From Chitinophaga pinensis (GTDB lineage: Bacteria; Bacteroidota; Bacteroidia; NS11-12g; UBA955): a stretch of DNA of 64,000 bases. The DNA lies in assembly GCA_945863965.1 (NCBI GenBank), contig CAMBBZ010000001.1, positions 199-64,198 of the forward strand. Reading direction: 5' to 3'. The stretch's first letter is position 1, and every line of letters begins with the position of its first letter. The translations under genes and the position numbers were made by a program. Below, piece by piece: positions 1-10,054 of this stretch. The notes below the pieces were generated by a model. That model saw only the letters and a list, made by a program, of their open reading frames with translations, was not told where the DNA came from and made no database searches.

Positions 1-895
<895 letters not shown>

Positions 896-982
896 CTATT
901 TTTTTCTTTGGGAAGGCTTCATCAAGGGCGGTGGTCGGCAATAATCCCCAACTCCGGAACGCCTTTAAAAGCCTAGAGATTT

Positions 983-2083
983 CTATTTATTTTGATTCAT
1001 CAATTCAATAAAATCATCGAATAAATATAAAGAATCGTGAGGACCTGGGGATGCCTCGGGATGGTGCTGAACTGAAAATGCGGGTTTATCTAAACGGGCA
1101 ATTCCCTCAACCGTATCGTCGTTCAAATTTATATGGGTTAACACAACCGTATCGCGCAAGGCTTCATCGTAAGCAACGGCAAAACCGTGGTTTTGGCTGG
1201 TAATTTCCGAACGGCCGGTACGCAGATTTTTAACGGGATGGTTACAACCTCTGTGACCGTGGTGCATTTTATAGGTTTCCAATCCACTGGCTAGACTCAA
1301 CAATTGATGCCCCAAGCAAATTCCAAAGGTAGGAATTCCAGCATCTACAATGGTTTTAACCGTCTCAATAGCTTGAACCATCGATGCCGGATCGCCAGGA
1401 CCGTTAGAGATCATAAATCCATCGGGATTCCATTTGAGAATTTCTTCGGCGGTGCTGTTATGTGGAAAGACACCCAAAAAACAGCCGCGCTTTTTAAGTT
1501 CACGGGAAATATTTTCTTTGTTGCCAAAATCGATTAAGGCCACCCTATTTGTTGACTCTTCCGATCCAGCTTCGTAAAAATACGGCGTTGAAACCTCAGG
1601 GGCTAAATTCAATCCCGACATGTCAGGGACCTCGAGTAGCGTCTTTTTGAGTACGTCTACATCTAATATTTCAGAGGAAATAATGGCATTTTGCGCTCCG
1701 CTTTCGCGAAGGTGGGCCACTAATTTACGGGTATCAATGTCTGAAATTCCAACAACTTGAAAATCGATAAAATACTGGTCTAAACTTCCGCTTCCCAATT
1801 TACGGGAATAAGAAGGAGAGAACTTTTTACAGACTAGACCCGATATTTTAATGGAGTCGCTTTCTACTTCTTCGGGGTGCACGCCATAATTTCCGATGTG
1901 ATCGGAAGTCATTACAACGATTTGCCCAAAGTAGGAAGGGTCTGTAAAGATTTCTTGGTAACCGGTCATACCTGTATTAAAACAAATTTCGCCGGTGGTT
2001 GTGCCAATTTTTCCGATGGCATTTCCTTCGAAGACAGAACCGTCTTGAAGTACGAGGAGGGCTTTAGATAGTTGTGGATTCAC
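983..2083 (-). CDS. carA: Carbamoyl-phosphate synthase small subunit
   Basis: GEICFNTGMTGYQE, SNGPGDP, GICLGHQ (catalytic Cys) and QHHPEASPGPHD motifs. Confidence 0.97.
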   Translation of the reverse strand: MNPQLSKALLVLQDGSVFEGNAIGKIGTTTGEICFNTGMTGYQEIFTDPSYFGQIVVMTSDHIGNYGVHPEEVESDSIKISGLVCKKFSPSYSRKLGSGSLDQYFIDFQVVGISDIDTRKLVAHLRESGAQNAIISSEILDVDVLKKTLLEVPDMSGLNLAPEVSTPYFYEAGSEESTNRVALIDFGNKENISRELKKRGCFLGVFPHNSTAEEILKWNPDGFMISNGPGDPASMVQAIETVKTIVDAGIPTFGICLGHQLLSLASGLETYKMHHGHRGCNHPVKNLRTGRSEITSQNHGFAVAYDEALRDTVVLTHINLNDDTVEGIARLDKPAFSVQHHPEASPGPHDSLYLFDDFIELMNQNK

Positions 2084-2224
2084 TCTAAGGGTGCAAATTT
2101 GGGCATTTGTGAGGATTTAACCAAATATGTATATCGGATGTTACCCACACATCGACAAAATTCCCATAGAATTATTTGCGATTATCGCAACTATTTCGAT
2201 TTAAGCTATTGCCGAAGCGGGTGG

Positions 2225-2251
2225 TTTTATTTCCCCCCGAAAAGGAGATTG
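2225..2251. repeat. Direct repeat copy A, downstream flank of the orphan gene
   Basis: TTTTATTTCCCCCCGAAAAGGAGATTG matches 2875-2900 with 2 substitutions and 1 indel. Confidence 0.75.
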
Positions 2252-2290
2252 TTATTTGCAGTTATCGGGGGTAAAATGAATGTTTTGCGC

Positions 2291-2830
2291 CTAGGCACAG
2301 TTTATTATCGCAGTTTCCAATTTGTTTATTAGATCGAATGCGTCACTTGAGACAGAATTGATTTCCAAAAATGCTTTTCCACTTTTTATTATTAGTGAAT
2401 CAATTTTATTGTCTAAAAGCAGATTCGCTAATTGAATACAACCTTGATTGTTTGTTTTATGATTTGTTGAAATATAAAAAGGAGTTGGAATGTGTTGTTT
2501 CAATTCCTTCGATGAAATTAGGCGCTTTAATTTATTTTTTCCAAATGATATTTCAATTAATGGGTCAACTCCATTAATTTTAAGTTCAAGCCCAGCGAAA
2601 TCAGCAGCATCAATAGGAATGACAACACCATTTCTAGTTGTTTGGTTTTTTATGAATTTCAAATTGTAGGATAACGTGTTTCTAACAAAATTTGATTCGA
2701 TTTCATAACCATAACTGTTGCAAAAACCAGAATATTCATATTTGAAAGAATTGAATTGATTTTCAATCGCTTCGCAGAATATTCTATTTGCTTCAAAGAA
2801 GGATGAACTGCTTGTTTCGTAATTTATCAT
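2291..2830 (-). CDS. Hypothetical protein (179 aa), AT-rich
   Basis: Intact ORF with an upstream TACTTTTG promoter box; visibly more AT-rich than its neighbours; no family recognised. Confidence 0.7.
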   Translation of the reverse strand: MINYETSSSSFFEANRIFCEAIENQFNSFKYEYSGFCNSYGYEIESNFVRNTLSYNLKFIKNQTTRNGVVIPIDAADFAGLELKINGVDPLIEISFGKNKLKRLISSKELKQHIPTPFYISTNHKTNNQGCIQLANLLLDNKIDSLIIKSGKAFLEINSVSSDAFDLINKLETAIINCA

Positions 2831-2862
2831 AACTTATAAATTGCTGATAACTCCGCTATTTA

Positions 2863-2870
2863 CAAAAGTA
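2863..2870 (-). promoter_or_regulatory. Bacteroidota -7 promoter box (TACTTTTG) for the orphan gene
   Basis: Exact TAnnTTTG consensus 32 nt upstream of the ATG at 2830. Confidence 0.6.
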
Positions 2871-2874
2871 GTAA

Positions 2875-2900
2875 TTTTACTTCCCCCGAAAAAGAGATTG
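2875..2900. repeat. Direct repeat copy B, upstream flank of the orphan gene
   Basis: TTTTACTTCCCCCGAAAAAGAGATTG, near-identical to 2225-2251. Confidence 0.75.
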
Positions 2901-2911
2901 GGAGTTGCTTA

Positions 2912-3952
2912 TCAATCTTGCACTTGTGGTTTCCAAAGCGAATACCACATACTTAAAGCGAGCAAGCCGATAATTACGAGCAAATTGTGCACGTGATTAA
3001 ACCCCATTGCATGAAACTGGTGTTCCAACAACATTTTGGTCCCAATAAATACGAGTATGGCCGCCAAGCCGTATTTGAGAGCCCAGAATTTATCGATGCC
3101 ATGACCTATCAAAAAGTACAAACTTCTAAGTCCAAGTATGGCAAAAATGTTCGAAAAGAAAACCAAATACGGATCCCGTGTAATTCCAAAAACCGCAGGA
3201 ACGCTATCAATGGCAAATACCACATCGGTGAACTCAATAATCAATAACACCACAAACAGGACGGTGACATGCAATACGCCGTTTTCCCGAACAAAGAAAT
3301 GGCCTCTGTCGTTGGATATCTCGGAAACTGGAAAAATTTTCTTTACCGTACGCATGACAAAATGATTGGATGGATCGTGTTCTTCTTGGTCCTTTTCAAA
3401 ACCCAATTTCAAACCCGAAAAAACCAAGAAGGCTCCAAAAACGTACAATACCCAATCAAACCGTTGGATGGCAGCGCTTCCCAAAAAGATAAAGACAAAC
3501 CGAAGTACCATAGCCCCGAGTATACCCCAAACTAGGATTTCACGTTCGTGTTGTTCCTTAACTTTAAACGACTTAAAAACTAATAACATTACAAAAAGAT
3601 TGTCTATGCTTAACGCGTATTCTAAAAGAAATCCCGACAGGTATAACCACATAGAGGTATATTGAAAGGACTTCATAGATTGTTCAAAATCAGGCCCTAA
3701 TTTAAAAGGCTTACCATATTTCTGGTGATATTGAACAAGCTCTTCCATGGTATGTATTTCGTGCAGCAACGGAATCAAGGCATACATCGCGACTACTGAT
3801 GCGAGACCAAGTAGAAACCAAAGCATACTACGGAACGCACTTTGTTTCAGGGTTAGCTTAAGGTGTTGCTGTTTTGAAAACAGACCTAAATCAAGCACTA
3901 AAGAGGCAAGGATAATCACAATAAGCGCTAGGATTACTAATGTTGATTCCAT
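2912..3952 (-). CDS. TerC/Alx family metal-homeostasis membrane protein
   Basis: LEYALSIDNLFV and IEFTDVVFAIDSVPA TerC motifs, multiple TM segments. Start moved to ATG 3952 (MESTLV), downstream of a GATTTTTG box. Confidence 0.92.
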   Translation of the reverse strand: MESTLVILALIVIILASLVLDLGLFSKQQHLKLTLKQSAFRSMLWFLLGLASVVAMYALIPLLHEIHTMEELVQYHQKYGKPFKLGPDFEQSMKSFQYTSMWLYLSGFLLEYALSIDNLFVMLLVFKSFKVKEQHEREILVWGILGAMVLRFVFIFLGSAAIQRFDWVLYVFGAFLVFSGLKLGFEKDQEEHDPSNHFVMRTVKKIFPVSEISNDRGHFFVRENGVLHVTVLFVVLLIIEFTDVVFAIDSVPAVFGITRDPYLVFFSNIFAILGLRSLYFLIGHGIDKFWALKYGLAAILVFIGTKMLLEHQFHAMGFNHVHNLLVIIGLLALSMWYSLWKPQVQD

Positions 3953-4015
3953 AAAGTGCTGCAAAAATCGGCGCTTTAATTCGCAAAACCGCTATTTTGA
4001 AGTTAGTTTTGTTTC

Positions 4016-6175
4016 ATGAAGGCATCGGTTTATCGAATAATAGGAAGAGTGGGTATTGCGGCCACCGCATTAGTCTTAGTTTTAGTTGGATCCTCGTATA
4101 CCCCGGAAGAGGGCATGTTTCCCTTAAACTACTTGAACATAACCCAATTGAAAAATGCGGGTATGCAACTAGATGCCGAAGATATTTTTAATCCTGGACA
4201 GGTTTCTCTTACCGATGCACTCGTAAATGTTGGGGGATGTACGGGATCTTTTATTTCTGAGGAAGGCTTAATTATCACCAATCACCATTGTGTTTACGGC
4301 AATGTAGCCCGACTGAGCTCCACCGACAATAATTACCTTGAAAATGGATTTGTGGCTCGAGAAAAGTCGCAAGAGCTTCCAATTTCTATGCCTTGCAAAA
4401 TCACGCAGAGCTACGAAGACGTAAGCGAGCGTATCTTAGAAGGCACTAGTGAAACGAATACGCCATCGGAAAGGGTCATGCGTATAGGTCAAAACATACA
4501 ACGCCTTACGAATGAAGAGAAACTCAAATATCCCGATTTAAGCATCGAAATTTCTGAAATGTTTATTGGGAAAAGCTATACGCTATTCCGTTATATCTAT
4601 CTTAAAGATGTGCGCTTGGTTATGGCTCCTCCTGTAACGGTTGGGCAATTTGGTGGAGATACCGACAATTGGGAATGGCCCCGACATAATGGTGATTTTT
4701 CTTTGGTTAGAGCGTATGTAGGGAAAGACGGAAAATCAGCTGCTTATTCAAAAGACAATATTCCTTACACCCCAAAGAAGATTCTAAAAATCAATCCCAA
4801 AGGAACTCAAGAAAATGATTTTGTTTTTATTATGGGATATCCAGGACGTACCTTCCGCCATGAAAGTGGATCGTATTTGAAATTCCAGCAGGAAGTACAG
4901 CTGCCACAAATTCAATCTTTTTATAAAACCTATATCGATTGGATGAAAGAGTTAAGTGAAGGCAACACGGCCAAAAGACTCAAGTTTGCGGGCACTATTC
5001 AGGGAATGGAAAACACGGAAAAGAATTTTCGTGGAAAAATTCAAGGGTTAAGAAGAACCGATGTGGTAAAGGCCCGTCAGCTGCAAGATGAGGCCATTAA
5101 AACGGTATATAAGAAAGGTACGACTCAGGGAGCACAAGCGTCAAAGATTGTTAATCGGATACAAGAAATATGGAACGTTCGGAATGAATACGGCGCTGCC
5201 TATTATTACGGCCATGTGTTTACGCGTCAATCTAAGGCGTTCCAGATGGCGGAATTGAGCTTACAAACAGCAAACCTATTGAAGGCTTCCCCCAAAAAAG
5301 CGAAAGATTCAATCATAATGGATTTTCAAAACAAGGCCAAACGATTGTATCCGTTTGTAGATGAAGAATTGGAGCGGAGGGCCTTTAAAGAAGTGGCAAA
5401 CGGTATTTTACGATACACCGCAAATAATACAAAATTAAATACCAACGGTAAAATGGCTACCGCCTTTTGCATGAATGCAATCAAAGAGAGTGGGAAAAGT
5501 CTGTATTTCAACAATGCAAAAATGCTCGCGCTATTGGAGAAAAACCCCAATAAACTATTAAACATTTTGAACAAGGAAAATACCACGAAACTATTGCTTG
5601 AATTGGAAGGGTCACGTGCGTTGGTATATACTATTTGGAGAGAAACGGAATTAGAATTAAGTACATTAATGCCGCAATATATTGGATATCGGGAGGATTA
5701 TTTACAATCACAATTCATTCCAGACGCTAACAGCACGTTACGATTGACGTATGGGTATATCAAAGGATACAAACCCAATGACGGTGAGGTACACGCACCT
5801 TTTACGACGTTAGACGGCGTATTTGCAAAGGCCAATACCAAAGAGGATTACCGCTTACCCGAGGATGTACAAGATAAATTAAGTCAAAAAAATATTCCCA
5901 GCATATTTAAAGATCCGAAAACCGGAAAAGTAGTCGTGGGCATTTTGTACAATTTGGATACCACGGGTGGAAATTCTGGATCTCCCGTATTAAATGCGCG
6001 TGGTGAGCTTATTGGAATCAATTTTGACAGGAGTTTTACGGCCACTATAAACGATTATGCTTGGAACCAAGACTATTCCCGCAGCATAGGTTGCGACATT
6101 CGCTATGTATTGTATGTTTTAAAATACGTAAGTGAAGCCGATAAAATCATCGAAGAATTGGGTGTTAAATTGTGA
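4016..6175 (+). CDS. S46 family dipeptidyl peptidase (DPP7/DPP11-like)
   Basis: Signal peptide, EEGM, TNHHC, NWEWPRHNGDF, DANSTLRLTYG and TGGNSGSPV (catalytic Ser). Confidence 0.95.
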   Translation: MKASVYRIIGRVGIAATALVLVLVGSSYTPEEGMFPLNYLNITQLKNAGMQLDAEDIFNPGQVSLTDALVNVGGCTGSFISEEGLIITNHHCVYGNVARLSSTDNNYLENGFVAREKSQELPISMPCKITQSYEDVSERILEGTSETNTPSERVMRIGQNIQRLTNEEKLKYPDLSIEISEMFIGKSYTLFRYIYLKDVRLVMAPPVTVGQFGGDTDNWEWPRHNGDFSLVRAYVGKDGKSAAYSKDNIPYTPKKILKINPKGTQENDFVFIMGYPGRTFRHESGSYLKFQQEVQLPQIQSFYKTYIDWMKELSEGNTAKRLKFAGTIQGMENTEKNFRGKIQGLRRTDVVKARQLQDEAIKTVYKKGTTQGAQASKIVNRIQEIWNVRNEYGAAYYYGHVFTRQSKAFQMAELSLQTANLLKASPKKAKDSIIMDFQNKAKRLYPFVDEELERRAFKEVANGILRYTANNTKLNTNGKMATAFCMNAIKESGKSLYFNNAKMLALLEKNPNKLLNILNKENTTKLLLELEGSRALVYTIWRETELELSTLMPQYIGYREDYLQSQFIPDANSTLRLTYGYIKGYKPNDGEVHAPFTTLDGVFAKANTKEDYRLPEDVQDKLSQKNIPSIFKDPKTGKVVVGILYNLDTTGGNSGSPVLNARGELIGINFDRSFTATINDYAWNQDYSRSIGCDIRYVLYVLKYVSEADKIIEELGVKL

Positions 6176-6219
6176 GAATTGTCACCATTTAACCCAATAA
6201 ATCTATCGAAATTTGTTCT

Positions 6220-6501
6220 ATGGGAATTTTATCATCTTTATTCGGAAGCAAGCCTAAAGTAGATTTAGGAGCACTTATTGCACAAGGTGCACAAATCATA
6301 GACGTTCGAACAGCCGCTGAGTTTCAATCGGGCCACCACAAAAAAGCGATTAACATCCCTTTAGACAAATTGCCAAGCATGCTAAAGAAGATTAACAAAG
6401 ACAAACCTGTTATCACTTGTTGTGCCTCAGGTATGCGAAGTTCTTCGGCTAAGGGAATCTTAAAAACGGCAAACAACTATGGCGTAAATCAGGCGTTGTA
6501 G
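6220..6501 (+). pseudogene. Rhodanese-like protein, C-terminally truncated
   Basis: IIDVRT..EF..GH...AINIPL and CCASGMRS active-site loop are present; the usual terminal GF..V.NGGGW segment is replaced by unrelated TANNYGVNQAL. Confidence 0.7.
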
Positions 6502-6542
6502 ATAAAGCTACTTTAGTGGCCTTGATAAAACAACATCAATAA
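6462..6542 (+). pseudogene. Thioredoxin 3' remnant
   Basis: The -1 frame reads KNGKQLWRKSGVVDKATLVALIKQHQ*, resembling a thioredoxin C-terminus; no start codon and no WCGPC. Confidence 0.7.
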
Positions 6543-6560
6543 AAAGCGTTATTGAAATAC

Positions 6561-6590
6561 AAAAAAGGCCGCAGTAAGTGGCCTTTTTTT
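6561..6590 (+). terminator. Intrinsic terminator, possibly bidirectional
   Basis: AAAAAAGGCCGC-AGTAA-GTGGCCTTTTTTT stem-loop with A and T tracts. Confidence 0.8.
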
Positions 6591-6648
6591 ATACCTCTTC
6601 AATCATAAAGAGATTAACGTAATAGTAAACCACGTTTACAATTAAGGT

Positions 6649-6699
6649 TTTGCATAAAATGAAAAAGACCGCTGTGCGGTCTTTTTCATTTTATGCAAA
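6649..6699 (-). terminator. Long hairpin after rplQ, likely the ribosomal operon terminator
   Basis: Perfect 24-bp inverted repeat TTTGCATAAAATGAAAAAGACCGC-TGT-GCGGTCTTTTTCATTTTATGCAAA, 7 nt after the rplQ stop. Confidence 0.85.
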
Positions 6700-6706
6700 T
6701 TAATGC

Positions 6707-7246
6707 TTATTCAGCGGTTGGTTCGGTATTGTCGGTAGTTTCAGTTTTCACATCTTCTACTTCAACATCTTGATCCACCGTATTGGCCGGTGCTGCAGGA
6801 GCTGCTTTAACCGCAGTACCTGTGCCACGACGTGAGCGACGCGTATTGGTTTTCTTTTTATCAGCGCTATTGAAACCATCAAAGAACTCATTAAAGTCTA
6901 CCAATTCAATCATTGCCATATCGGCATTATCGCCCATACGATTACCTATTTTAAGGATGCGCGTATATCCACCTGGACGGCTGGCTACTTTTTCACTTAC
7001 AATAGTGAATAACTCACTTACAGCATGCTTATCTTTTAGATAGGCAAATACGGTACGTTGGTTATGTGTAGACGCATCTTTACTTTTGGTAATAAGGGGT
7101 TCCACATAAACACGAAGTGCTTTGGCTTTAGCCACAGTGGTAACGATACGTTTATGTTTGATCAGCGAGGAAGCCATATTCGCCAACATCGCTTTACGGT
7201 GTGACGTGGTTCTGCTTAAGTGGTTTATTTTTTTACCGTGTCTCAT
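6707..7246 (-). CDS. rplQ: 50S ribosomal protein L17 (with Ala/acidic C-terminal tail)
   Basis: [31 protein letters not shown]. Confidence 0.98.
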   Translation of the reverse strand: MRHGKKINHLSRTTSHRKAMLANMASSLIKHKRIVTTVAKAKALRVYVEPLITKSKDASTHNQRTVFAYLKDKHAVSELFTIVSEKVASRPGGYTRILKIGNRMGDNADMAMIELVDFNEFFDGFNSADKKKTNTRRSRRGTGTAVKAAPAAPANTVDQDVEVEDVKTETTDNTEPTAE

Positions 7247-7250
7247 TTAT

Positions 7251-8243
7251 TTACTCGTCGTTAAGATTGTACTTAGAAACGTCCATACCAAAATGCAAAC
7301 CACGATCTCTCACAAACTCTTCTAATTCAGAGAGTGATTTTTTACCGAAGTTGCGGAATTTCAATAGATCGTCTATATGATAATTCACTAATTCACCAAG
7401 CGTTTTGATTTCGGCGGCTTTCAAGCAATTGTAAGCACGCACAGAAAGATCTAAATCAGCCAAAGGTGTTTTTAAAATTTTGCGCATTTGCAAGAAGCTT
7501 TCATCAACTTCCTCAATGATACTTGAAACTTTAGTTTCAGGCATGATGTTTTCGTCGCTGAAAAGAACAAAATGCTCAATGAGTATTTTTGCTGCTTCTT
7601 TTAATGCTTCTTCTGGGTGAATACTTCCATCGGTTGTAACATCCATGACCAACTTTTCAAAATCCGTTTTCTGCTCTACACGGTAATCTTCAACGTTAAA
7701 TTTAACGTTTTTGATAGGCGTAAAGATTGAGTCAACCGAAATCACCCCAATCGGAGCATCTTTCTGCTTGTTCTCATCAGCGGGAACGTATCCACGACCT
7801 TTAGAAACGGTAAGTTCCAATTCTAGGTTCACGGTTGGATCCATATTACAGATAACCAACTCAGGATTCAAGATGGAGTAGTCGTTGGTATAGCGACCGA
7901 TATCACCGGCGAGAAACTGATCTTTTCCTTTGATAGAAATGAACAATTTGTCTTGTTCTTCAGAAACTGAATTCGCTTTAAAACGCACTTGCTTAATATT
8001 CAATACGATTTCAACCACATCCTCAACTATACCTTTCATAGTAGAGAATTCGTGATCGGCACCTTGAATTTTCACCGCAGTGATTGCATACCCCTCAAGG
8101 GACGATAGCAAAACGCGGCGCATGGCATTTCCGATTGTAACGCCATATCCTTTTTCCAATGGAAAAAACTCGAAAGTTCCAGTGGCCTCGTTGGATTTGG
8201 TCATTACGACCTTATTTGGTTTTTGAAATGGTATAACACCCAT
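7251..8243 (-). CDS. rpoA: RNA polymerase alpha subunit
   Basis: [39 protein letters not shown]. Confidence 0.98.
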   Translation of the reverse strand: MGVIPFQKPNKVVMTKSNEATGTFEFFPLEKGYGVTIGNAMRRVLLSSLEGYAITAVKIQGADHEFSTMKGIVEDVVEIVLNIKQVRFKANSVSEEQDKLFISIKGKDQFLAGDIGRYTNDYSILNPELVICNMDPTVNLELELTVSKGRGYVPADENKQKDAPIGVISVDSIFTPIKNVKFNVEDYRVEQKTDFEKLVMDVTTDGSIHPEEALKEAAKILIEHFVLFSDENIMPETKVSSIIEEVDESFLQMRKILKTPLADLDLSVRAYNCLKAAEIKTLGELVNYHIDDLLKFRNFGKKSLSELEEFVRDRGLHFGMDVSKYNLNDE

Positions 8244-8261
8244 AATTTTTCTACTTAATTC

Positions 8262-8867
8262 TTATTTACTGTACAACTCGACGATCAAATTTTCCTTTAT
8301 ATTTTCAGGAATTTCAGAACGATCGGGATAGGTAACAAAGGTTCCTTGCATGTCTTTTCCATTCCACTGAATCCAGCTAAAGCGAGACTGCATTACGCTA
8401 GTACCACCAGAAACTACTTCGAGTGTTTTGGAACGTTCACGAACGGCGATAACATCACCGGGGCGCAACTGACAACTTGGAATATTAACTACCTCACCGT
8501 TAACGGTGATGTGGCGATGTGATACCAACTGACGTGCACTGCGACGTGTAGGAGCGATTCCCATACGATACACGGTGTTGTCTAAGCGAGACTCAAGGAA
8601 ACGCAATAGGTTTTCACCTGTGATGCCTTTTTTAGATGCCGCTTTATTGAAGGTATTACGGAATTGTTTTTCAAGAACGCCATAAATAAATTTAGCTTTC
8701 TGTTTTTCTGCTAACTGAACAGCATATTCCGACTGTTTAGGACGGCGACGTGAGTTACCGTGCTGGCCGGGGCCGTAGTTTTTGCGTTCTAGCGCTTTAT
8801 CTGGGCCAAAAATGGCTTCTTTAAAACGACGAGCAACTTTGGAGGTTGGACCTGTATATCTTGCCAT
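8262..8867 (-). CDS. rpsD: 30S ribosomal protein S4
   Basis: [25 protein letters not shown]. Confidence 0.98.
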   Translation of the reverse strand: MARYTGPTSKVARRFKEAIFGPDKALERKNYGPGQHGNSRRRPKQSEYAVQLAEKQKAKFIYGVLEKQFRNTFNKAASKKGITGENLLRFLESRLDNTVYRMGIAPTRRSARQLVSHRHITVNGEVVNIPSCQLRPGDVIAVRERSKTLEVVSGGTSVMQSRFSWIQWNGKDMQGTFVTYPDRSEIPENIKENLIVELYSK

Positions 8868-8880
8868 TACTTTTTCTTAA

Positions 8881-9264
8881 TTATACTCTTCTACGTTTAG
8901 GAGGACGACAGCCGTTATGGGGCATTGGAGTGATATCCGTGATGGTACCTACTTCAATTCCAATGGTTTGAAGGTTACGAATAGCGCTATCGCGTCCCGA
9001 TCCTGGTCCTTTTACAAATACATCCACTTTGCGAAGTCCTGCATCAAATGCAACTTTCGCGCAGTCTAACACAGCAACTTGCGCTGCGTAGGGTGTATTC
9101 TTTTTAGAACCACGGAAACCCATTTTACCTGAAGAAGACCAAGAAATAACTTGTCCTTCCATATTAGTTACTGAAATGATGACGTTGTTGAAGGTTGCAC
9201 GTATGTGTACCTGTCCAAGCGCATCCACTTTAACTTTTTTCTTTTGTGCTTTCTTTTGAGCCAT
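8881..9264 (-). CDS. rpsK: 30S ribosomal protein S11
   Basis: [27 protein letters not shown]. Confidence 0.98.
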   Translation of the reverse strand: MAQKKAQKKKVKVDALGQVHIRATFNNVIISVTNMEGQVISWSSSGKMGFRGSKKNTPYAAQVAVLDCAKVAFDAGLRKVDVFVKGPGSGRDSAIRNLQTIGIEVGTITDITPMPHNGCRPPKRRRV

Positions 9265-9282
9265 GTTAATTTACGTGCTTAA

Positions 9283-9660
9283 TTATTTCGTTGCTTTCTT
9301 TTTACCTGCAACGGTCTTTTTCTTACCTTTACGAGTACGTGCATTTGTACGCGTTTTTTGTCCACGTACGGGTAATCCTTTACGGTGACGTTGACCACGG
9401 TAGCAACCAATATCCATCAAACGCTTGATATTTAATTGTACCTCTGAACGAAGTTCACCCTCAGTTTTAAGATTTTCAGTGATGAATCCACGAATCGCTG
9501 CGAGCTCATCGTCGTTCCACTCATTTACTTTCTTATCTTGAGAAATACCGGCAGTGTTCAAAATCTGTGCTGCCGTGCTATTACCAATACCGTAGATATA
9601 GGTTAAACCTATAACCCCACGTTTATTTTTTGGAATATCTATACCTGCTATCCTAGCCAT
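9283..9660 (-). CDS. rpsM: 30S ribosomal protein S13
   Basis: [28 protein letters not shown]. Confidence 0.98.
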   Translation of the reverse strand: MARIAGIDIPKNKRGVIGLTYIYGIGNSTAAQILNTAGISQDKKVNEWNDDELAAIRGFITENLKTEGELRSEVQLNIKRLMDIGCYRGQRHRKGLPVRGQKTRTNARTRKGKKKTVAGKKKATK

Positions 9661-9666
9661 ATTATT

Positions 9667-9783
9667 TTATCCTTGACGTTGTTTGAATTTTGGGTTCTTT
9701 TTGTTTATGACGTACACCCGCCCTTTCCGGCGTACGATCTTGCAGTCTACACTGCGTTTCTTGACAGCTGTTCTAACTTTCAT
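9667..9783 (-). CDS. rpmJ: 50S ribosomal protein L36 (zinc-ribbon-less type)
   Basis: Manual translation [38 protein letters not shown], between infA and rpsM; below the ORF-track size cutoff. Confidence 0.97.
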   Translation of the reverse strand: MKVRTAVKKRSVDCKIVRRKGRVYVINKKNPKFKQRQG

Positions 9784-9788
9784 ATCAA

Positions 9789-10010
9789 TTAATGCTTATA
9801 TCTTAATGTTATGCGACCCCTTGTCAAGTCGTACGGCGACATTTCCACTTGAACCTTATCTCCTGGGAGAATTCGGATGTAGTGCATACGCATTTTTCCT
9901 GAAATGGTGGCTATGATTTCATGACCGTTGCTTAACTTAACGCGAAACATTGCGTTAGATAAAGCCTCGGATATAACACCATCTTGTTTTATTGCGTCTT
10001 GCTTGGACAT
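9789..10010 (-). CDS. infA: Translation initiation factor IF-1
   Basis: [28 protein letters not shown]. Confidence 0.98.
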   Translation of the reverse strand: MSKQDAIKQDGVISEALSNAMFRVKLSNGHEIIATISGKMRMHYIRILPGDKVQVEMSPYDLTRGRITLRYKH

Positions 10011-10023
10011 ATCAAAAGGGTTG

Positions 10024-10054
10024 CAAAGGTAGTAAATTTATTTTTAATTATCAA
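10024..10054 (-). promoter_or_regulatory. Internal promoter for infA-rpmJ-alpha genes
   Basis: TTG (10054-10052), 20-nt spacer, TACCTTTG (10031-10024): full Bacteroidota -33/-7 consensus. Confidence 0.7.

Noticed and set aside
6466..6501. ANNYGVNQAL tail as a tmRNA-tag-like degron
   Set aside because: The resemblance is superficial; it is better explained as out-of-frame read-through into a thioredoxin remnant.
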